From Nostoc sp. DedSLP01 (GTDB taxonomy: Bacteria > Cyanobacteriota > Cyanobacteriia > Cyanobacteriales > Nostocaceae): a DNA stretch of 11,034 nucleotides. Numbering within the stretch: the stretch's first letter is position 1; every line of letters begins with the position of its first letter. The DNA is taken from the NCBI GenBank assembly GCA_034530875.2, contig JAVRCJ020000080.1, positions 1-11,034 of the forward strand. The letters run 5' to 3'. The notes under the pieces were generated by a model that did not search any database, was not told the DNA's origin, and was given only the letters and a program-made list of their open reading frames with translations. The position numbers and the translations under genes were made by a program. Below, piece by piece: positions 6,687-11,034 of this stretch.

Positions 6687-7949
6687 ATGTTTCCAACAGA
6701 ACCTGCTGCTGTTAATAATGGGTTTAGCGCACTGCTAAAAAATCGTGGTTTTATGCTTCTGTGGATTGGGCAACTAGTGTCCCAGTTGGCAGATAAAGTA
6801 TTCTTCGTTTTGATGATTGCTCTCTTGGAGAATTACTCGCCGCTTCCAGGATTGGCACAAAACTCGATGTACTCAACTTTAATGCTGGCTTTTACCATAC
6901 CAGCAATTTTGTTTGGTTCTGCCGGTGGCATTTTTGTTGACCGCTTCCCAAAAAAGCTGATTATGGTCGGCTCAGATGTTGTGCGTGGAATCTTAACGCT
7001 GTGTCTCCCCTTGTTACCAAGGGAGTTTTTGATTCTGTTAATCCTCACTTTTGCCATTTCTACGGTGACACAGTTTTTTGCACCAGCCGAGCAAGCCTCT
7101 ATTCCTTTGTTGGTGAAGCGAGAAAATTTGTTGGCAGCCAATGCATTATTTAGCAGCACAATGATGGGAGCTTTAATTGTTGGCTTTGCCATTGGAGAGC
7201 CGATTTTGAGTTTTGCCAAAAGCTTGATGGGGGAAGAATACGGTCAAGAGATTGTGGTCGGAGGGCTGTACATTTTATCGGCTGCGATTATGCAGCCAAT
7301 TAAGTTTAAAGAACACAATCCCCCAAGGGAACAGAAAGAAGAAAATCGTCTTTGGGCTGAATTTACCGCCAGTCTCCGCTACCTCAAGAAAAATCGTTTG
7401 GTCTTGAACGCGATGCTGCAATTAACAACGTTATATTGCGTGTTTGCAGCCTTAACAGTGCTGACCATTAAACTAGCCGAAGAATTTGGTTTAAAAGAAA
7501 AACAGTTTGGCTTTTTCTTAGCGGCCGCCGGGGTAGGTATGGTATCTGGTGCGGCGCTTTTGGGTCACTGGGGCGATAAATTCCACCACAAGCCATTACC
7601 TTTATTGGGATTTTTGATGATAGCTCTAGTTTTAGGAGTGTTCACCTTCACGCACAACTTATTGCTGGCGCTGGGACTGTGTGCAATTTTGGGTATCGGT
7701 GCTGCTTTTATTGGCGTACCTATGCAAACTTTAATTCAACAGCAAACACCGCCGACAATGCACGGTAAGGTATTTGGCTTTCAAAATCATGCCGTCAATA
7801 TTGCCTTATCTGCGCCCTTAGCAATTACCGGGCCATTGACAGATGCTTTGGGATTGAGAACGGTGCTAGTGGTGATGAGTGTTGTTGTGGTAGTTGTCGG
7901 TGTTTGGGCTTGGCAAAATACCCGCAAAGTCTTGCAAGACGTAATTTAA
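6687..7949 (+). CDS. MFS transporter (MFS_3/DHA3-like, substrate unknown)
   Basis: 420 aa with about 12 hydrophobic segments. N-terminal FMLLWIGQLVSQLAD, motif-A-like GIFVDRFPKKLIMVGSDVVR, QFFAPAEQA, and IQQQTPPTMHGKVFG. Confidence 0.9.
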   Translation: MFPTEPAAVNNGFSALLKNRGFMLLWIGQLVSQLADKVFFVLMIALLENYSPLPGLAQNSMYSTLMLAFTIPAILFGSAGGIFVDRFPKKLIMVGSDVVRGILTLCLPLLPREFLILLILTFAISTVTQFFAPAEQASIPLLVKRENLLAANALFSSTMMGALIVGFAIGEPILSFAKSLMGEEYGQEIVVGGLYILSAAIMQPIKFKEHNPPREQKEENRLWAEFTASLRYLKKNRLVLNAMLQLTTLYCVFAALTVLTIKLAEEFGLKEKQFGFFLAAAGVGMVSGAALLGHWGDKFHHKPLPLLGFLMIALVLGVFTFTHNLLLALGLCAILGIGAAFIGVPMQTLIQQQTPPTMHGKVFGFQNHAVNIALSAPLAITGPLTDALGLRTVLVVMSVVVVVVGVWAWQNTRKVLQDVI

Positions 7950-8075
7950 CTAATGTAGGCTAGTAATCTGGCTTTATTTTTAATCTATAAATTAATAGGG
8001 ATTTAATTTAAGTTTTCTATTAAAATGAAATCTTAACTACAGAAGTCAGCATTAACTTTAGCTATAGTCTGAGGT

Positions 8076-9995
8076 TTGACCGTGCGTTCACAAAGTGTCT
8101 CCGTTGGAGAATTGCCTTCTCAAATCAGTATCCCACAAACCGAGAATCACAAACAGTCCCGTAACTCAAACCCGCCAGTCGTGCCCAAACGTGCATCTGG
8201 CGGTTTTGCTCTGCTTGACAGCCTTCATCGCCACGGCGTTGAGTATATTTTTGGTTATCCCGGTGGAGCGATTCTGCCAATTTACGATGACCTGTACAAG
8301 GTGGAAGCAACTGGTGCGATTAAGCACATTCTAGTGAGACACGAACAAGGCGCAGCCCATGCCGCCGACGGTTACGCACGTGCCACGGGGAAGGTAGGAG
8401 TATGTTTTGGTACTTCTGGTCCAGGAGCAACTAACTTGGTAACGGGCATCGCCACAGCTTACATGGATTCGATCCCGATGATTATAGTCACGGGACAGGT
8501 TTCACGTCCAGCGATCGGTACAGATGCGTTTCAAGAAACTGATATTTATGGGATCACGCTACCAATTGTCAAGCACTCTTATGTAGTGCGCGATCCCAAG
8601 GATATGGCACGAATTGTCGCTGAAGCCTTTCACATCGCAAGTACCGGACGCCCCGGGCCGGTTTTGATTGATGTGCCCAAAGATGTAGCTTTAGAAGAAT
8701 TTGACTATGTGCCTGTGAAACCAGGTTCGGTTAAGTTACGCGGCTATCGCCCCACGGTAAAGGGAAATCCCCGACAAATTCAAGCCGCAATTCAGTTGAT
8801 TACTGAAAGTCGCCGTCCGCTGCTGTATGTTGGTGGAGGTGCGATCGCTGCTTCTGCTCATCCAGAAATCAAACAGTTAGCTGAGTTATTCAATATCCCC
8901 GTCACCACAACCTTAATGGGGATCGGTGCGTTTGACGAACATCATCCCCTCGCTTTAGGAATGTTGGGAATGCACGGCACTGCTTACGCTAACTTTGCCG
9001 TTAGCGATTGCGACTTGCTAATCTGCGTCGGTGCAAGATTTGACGATCGCGTTACAGGTAAATTAGACGAATTCGCCTCCCGCGCCAAAGTAATTCACAT
9101 CGACATCGATCCCGCAGAAGTCGGCAAAAACCGCGTTCCCGAAGTACCCATCGTCGGCGACGTGCGAAACGTTTTAGTTGACTTGTTGCGTCGTTGCAAA
9201 GAAACAGGCATTAAACCAACGCCAAATCAAACCCAAGAGTGGTTAACTAAAGTTAACCGTTGGCGGGAAGACTATCCTCTAGTAGCACCCCAGCATCCCG
9301 ACAGCATTTCACCCCAAGAAGCAATTGTAGAAGTCAGCCGCCAAGCACCCAACGCTTTCTACACCACAGATGTCGGACAACATCAAATGTGGTCAGCACA
9401 ATTCCTGAAAAACGGCCCGAGACGCTGGATTTCCAGCGCAGGTTTAGGGACGATGGGCTTCGGCTTACCCGCCGCTATGGGCGCGAAAGTTGCATTTCCC
9501 GATGAAGAAGTCATCTGTATTAGCGGTGACGCTAGTTTCCAGATGTGCTTACAGGAACTAGGGACGCTTGCACAATATGGCATAAATGTCAAGACTATAA
9601 TTATTAACAACGGCTGGCAAGGGATGGTACGCCAGTGGCAGCAAGCCTTCTATGGCGAACGTTACTCATCCTCGAATATGGAAGTAGGGATGCCAGACAT
9701 TGAGTTATTGGCAAAAGCTTATGGCATCAAGGGCATGGTAATTCGCGATCGCAGTGAATTAAAAGATGGGATCGCCGAAATGCTGGCACACAAAGGCCCG
9801 GTAATCGTAAATGTCCACGTTACCAGAGACGAAAATTGCTACCCAATGGTAGCTCCTGGCAAGAGCAACGCTCAAATGGTCGGCTTGCCCAAGCAAGAGC
9901 CAAAAGCCCCAGCAGAGCCAGTTTATTGTAGCAACTGCAATGCAAAAAATGCTCCTACGCATAACTTCTGTGCTGAGTGTGGGACGAAGTTGTAA
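8076..9995 (+). CDS. ilvB: Acetolactate synthase, biosynthetic large subunit, with C-terminal zinc ribbon
   Basis: [48 protein letters not shown] and the ThDP motif GDASFQM...[12 protein letters not shown] are present. The in-frame GTG at 8082 is the better start because GAGGT (8071-8075) lies 6 nt upstream. Confidence 0.96.
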   Translation: MTVRSQSVSVGELPSQISIPQTENHKQSRNSNPPVVPKRASGGFALLDSLHRHGVEYIFGYPGGAILPIYDDLYKVEATGAIKHILVRHEQGAAHAADGYARATGKVGVCFGTSGPGATNLVTGIATAYMDSIPMIIVTGQVSRPAIGTDAFQETDIYGITLPIVKHSYVVRDPKDMARIVAEAFHIASTGRPGPVLIDVPKDVALEEFDYVPVKPGSVKLRGYRPTVKGNPRQIQAAIQLITESRRPLLYVGGGAIAASAHPEIKQLAELFNIPVTTTLMGIGAFDEHHPLALGMLGMHGTAYANFAVSDCDLLICVGARFDDRVTGKLDEFASRAKVIHIDIDPAEVGKNRVPEVPIVGDVRNVLVDLLRRCKETGIKPTPNQTQEWLTKVNRWREDYPLVAPQHPDSISPQEAIVEVSRQAPNAFYTTDVGQHQMWSAQFLKNGPRRWISSAGLGTMGFGLPAAMGAKVAFPDEEVICISGDASFQMCLQELGTLAQYGINVKTIIINNGWQGMVRQWQQAFYGERYSSSNMEVGMPDIELLAKAYGIKGMVIRDRSELKDGIAEMLAHKGPVIVNVHVTRDENCYPMVAPGKSNAQMVGLPKQEPKAPAEPVYCSNCNAKNAPTHNFCAECGTKL

Positions 9996-10003
9996 AAGGG
10001 GCA

Positions 10004-10097
10004 GGGAGTAGGGAATAGGGAGTAGGGAGTAGTGAAAAAACATTAGAGGGCAAAGGGATGATTTCCCCCTAACGCTTAATCTCCACTCCCCACTCCC
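10004..10097. repeat. STRR-like heptamer tandem repeats
   Basis: GGGAGTA GGGAATA GGGAGTA GGGAGTA at 10004-10031, with partly complementary CCACTCCCCACTCCC at 10083-10097. Confidence 0.75.
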
Positions 10098-10114
10098 AAA
10101 ATTTAACCGTCTTT

Positions 10115-10148
10115 ATACGCAGAGGAATGTATCCTCTGCGTATTTTTT
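10115..10148 (+). terminator. Rho-independent terminator downstream of ilvB
   Basis: Perfect 12-bp stem ATACGCAGAGGA-atgta-TCCTCTGCGTAT followed by TTTTT. Confidence 0.8.
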
Positions 10149-10283
10149 ATGAAACAAATATTCATATCAATAACCTATAGGATTTGTATTTTTACCGATT
10201 TTTTGGGAATCCTAAATCCACGAGGTTGTATAAACCGTCAGGTATTACTTCCTCAAATATCACGTAACTTTTAAAGGATAATT

Positions 10284-10730
10284 ATGCCTCAACGCAGGTT
10301 GCCCAAAGGCCGTAGTGCTAGTTCAGTTGCTTTAGAACCAGAAGTTGCGATCGCGATTATTGGACTTTTTTCTGCGGCTGCTGATGGTGAAGGTATTTCT
10401 TCGACAGAAGAATATGCTTTGAGTGAATTTCTCAGTCAGGTTGGCTTATTTGATGATTACTCTGATGACGACTTTGAAGAATTAACTGATAAAGTCGTCA
10501 GCTTGATTGAAGAAGAAGAACCAGAAGACTTGGTTGCTCAAGCAGTTGAATCTTTACCAAATAGAGCTTATCGAGAAGCTGCATATATCACCGCTATTTT
10601 AATGGTGGGGATTGACGAAGAAGTACCCGAAAGCGAACAAGACTATATCTCTGAACTTCAAGAAGCCTTAAGAATTTCAGACGAACGGGCGCAAGAACTT
10701 ATAGACGAAGTTTTTGGTGAAGAGGAGTAA
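10284..10730 (+). CDS. TerB-family (tellurite resistance TerB-like) protein
   Basis: 148 aa and very acidic. Motifs SAAADGEGISSTEE and AY..A..MVGIDEEVPESEQDYISELQEALRISDERAQELI fit the TerB-like helical repeat. RBS AAGGA upstream. Confidence 0.75.
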   Translation: MPQRRLPKGRSASSVALEPEVAIAIIGLFSAAADGEGISSTEEYALSEFLSQVGLFDDYSDDDFEELTDKVVSLIEEEEPEDLVAQAVESLPNRAYREAAYITAILMVGIDEEVPESEQDYISELQEALRISDERAQELIDEVFGEEE

Positions 10731-10739
10731 TCCTTTTTT

Positions 10740-10787
10740 AATTGCAGCCTCAGCTATCTACCATCGCTAATTTGAGGTTGCTAATTT
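10740..10787 (+). terminator. Imperfect hairpin downstream of the TerB-like gene
   Basis: AATTGCAGCCTCA...TGAGGTTGCTAATT, with a long loop and followed by T residues. Confidence 0.35.
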
Positions 10788-10850
10788 TATGAAATAATTT
10801 TGTTTGAGTTGAGAGTTGCGATCGCCTCAAGAGTTAGAAATCGATTGTTT

Positions 10851-10888
10851 AACTCATCCCGCGGCTAAAACCCGCGGGTTTTCGAGTT
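10851..10888. mobile_element. IS200/IS605-like subterminal hairpin (isolated end, tentative)
   Basis: AACTC-AT-CCCGCGG-CTAAAAC-CCGCGGG-TTTTC-GAGTT. The GC stem with a CTAAA loop and TCATCCC...GGGTTTTC flanks resembles IS605-type ends. No tnpA or tnpB is visible. Confidence 0.4.
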
Positions 10889-10904
10889 ACCAGATAGCTT
10901 AAGA

Positions 10905-11034
10905 CTTCAAGGGGCGACAAGCTCCCTAAAGTGCTTGCTGTATAAGCTTCATAGCCATTAAACCTCGCTGATAATATGCCTGCTTATTGCGAATGGAACC
11001 GACCAGTTCCTCAACCCATGCTTGACACTCATGC
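10905..11034 (-). mobile_element. IS4-family insertion sequence, right end (continues beyond the window)
   Basis: The transposase C-terminus is followed immediately by a terminal-repeat-like CTTGTCGCCCCTTGAA (+ strand TTCAAGGGGCGACAAG, about 10906-10921). The exact boundary is uncertain. Confidence 0.65.
10926..11034 (-). CDS. IS4-family transposase, C-terminal 35 aa (partial)
   Basis: Minus-strand translation HECQAWVEELVGSIRNKQAYYQRGLMAMKLIQQAL* (TAG at 10926-10928) matches the 'RNK..YYQRGL.AMKLIQQA' tail I recall for cyanobacterial IS4-family transposases. Not in the ORF track. Confidence 0.7.
   Translation of the reverse strand, partial: HECQAWVEELVGSIRNKQAYYQRGLMAMKLIQQAL

Noticed and set aside
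6470..6696. Minus-strand ORFs 6470..6670 and 6490..6696 (CGRCGRC / GGVGGV / PTLP repeats)
   Set aside because: These are low-complexity translations of the 9-mer tandem repeats. The apparent Cys motifs are artefacts.
583..10043. Short alternative-frame or antisense ORFs inside dnaJ, the kinase, the hypothetical gene, MFS and ilvB (e.g. 583..777, 944..1135, 1132..1353, 1944..2198, 3117..3299, 3430..3657, 4575..4859, 6303..6488, 6833..7219, 8095..8334, 8125..8310, 9260..9505, 9383..9610, 9759..10043)
   Set aside because: They overlap well-supported genes and show no recognisable motifs, so they are treated as shadow ORFs.
10284..10730. TerB-like gene as part of a ter or anti-phage defence operon
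   Set aside because: It is a solitary gene bounded by hairpins, with no other ter or defence genes in the window.

Overview
Cyanobacterial chromosome window, probably Nostocales-like (at least 13 perfect HIP1 octamers GCGATCGC, STRR-like tandem repeats). In order it contains: the 3' part of a 5S rRNA and its terminator; a 5'-truncated glutathione S-transferase remnant; a class-B DnaJ/CbpA-like co-chaperone (-); one decayed multi-sensor hybrid histidine kinase gene (-, 1940..5673) that the ORF track splits into four ORFs; a REP/MITE-like palindrome; a conserved alpha/beta-hydrolase-like hypothetical gene with an in-frame 21-nt insert in a HIP1 site (SDR5-like); an MFS transporter; ilvB with a C-terminal zinc ribbon; a TerB-like gene; an IS200/IS605-like hairpin; and the 3' end of an IS4-family transposase. 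The kinase gene reads REC-PAS*-GAF(DXCF cyanobacteriochrome)-PAS-PAS*/GAF*(CcaS-like)-PAS-PAS-HisKA-HATPase-REC, where * marks a truncated domain. It has two in-frame stops and three apparent internal deletions. I found no convincing novel multi-gene system. The most interesting signals are the hidden photoreceptor kinase pseudogene, its deletion junctions, and the HIP1-targeted mini-insertion.
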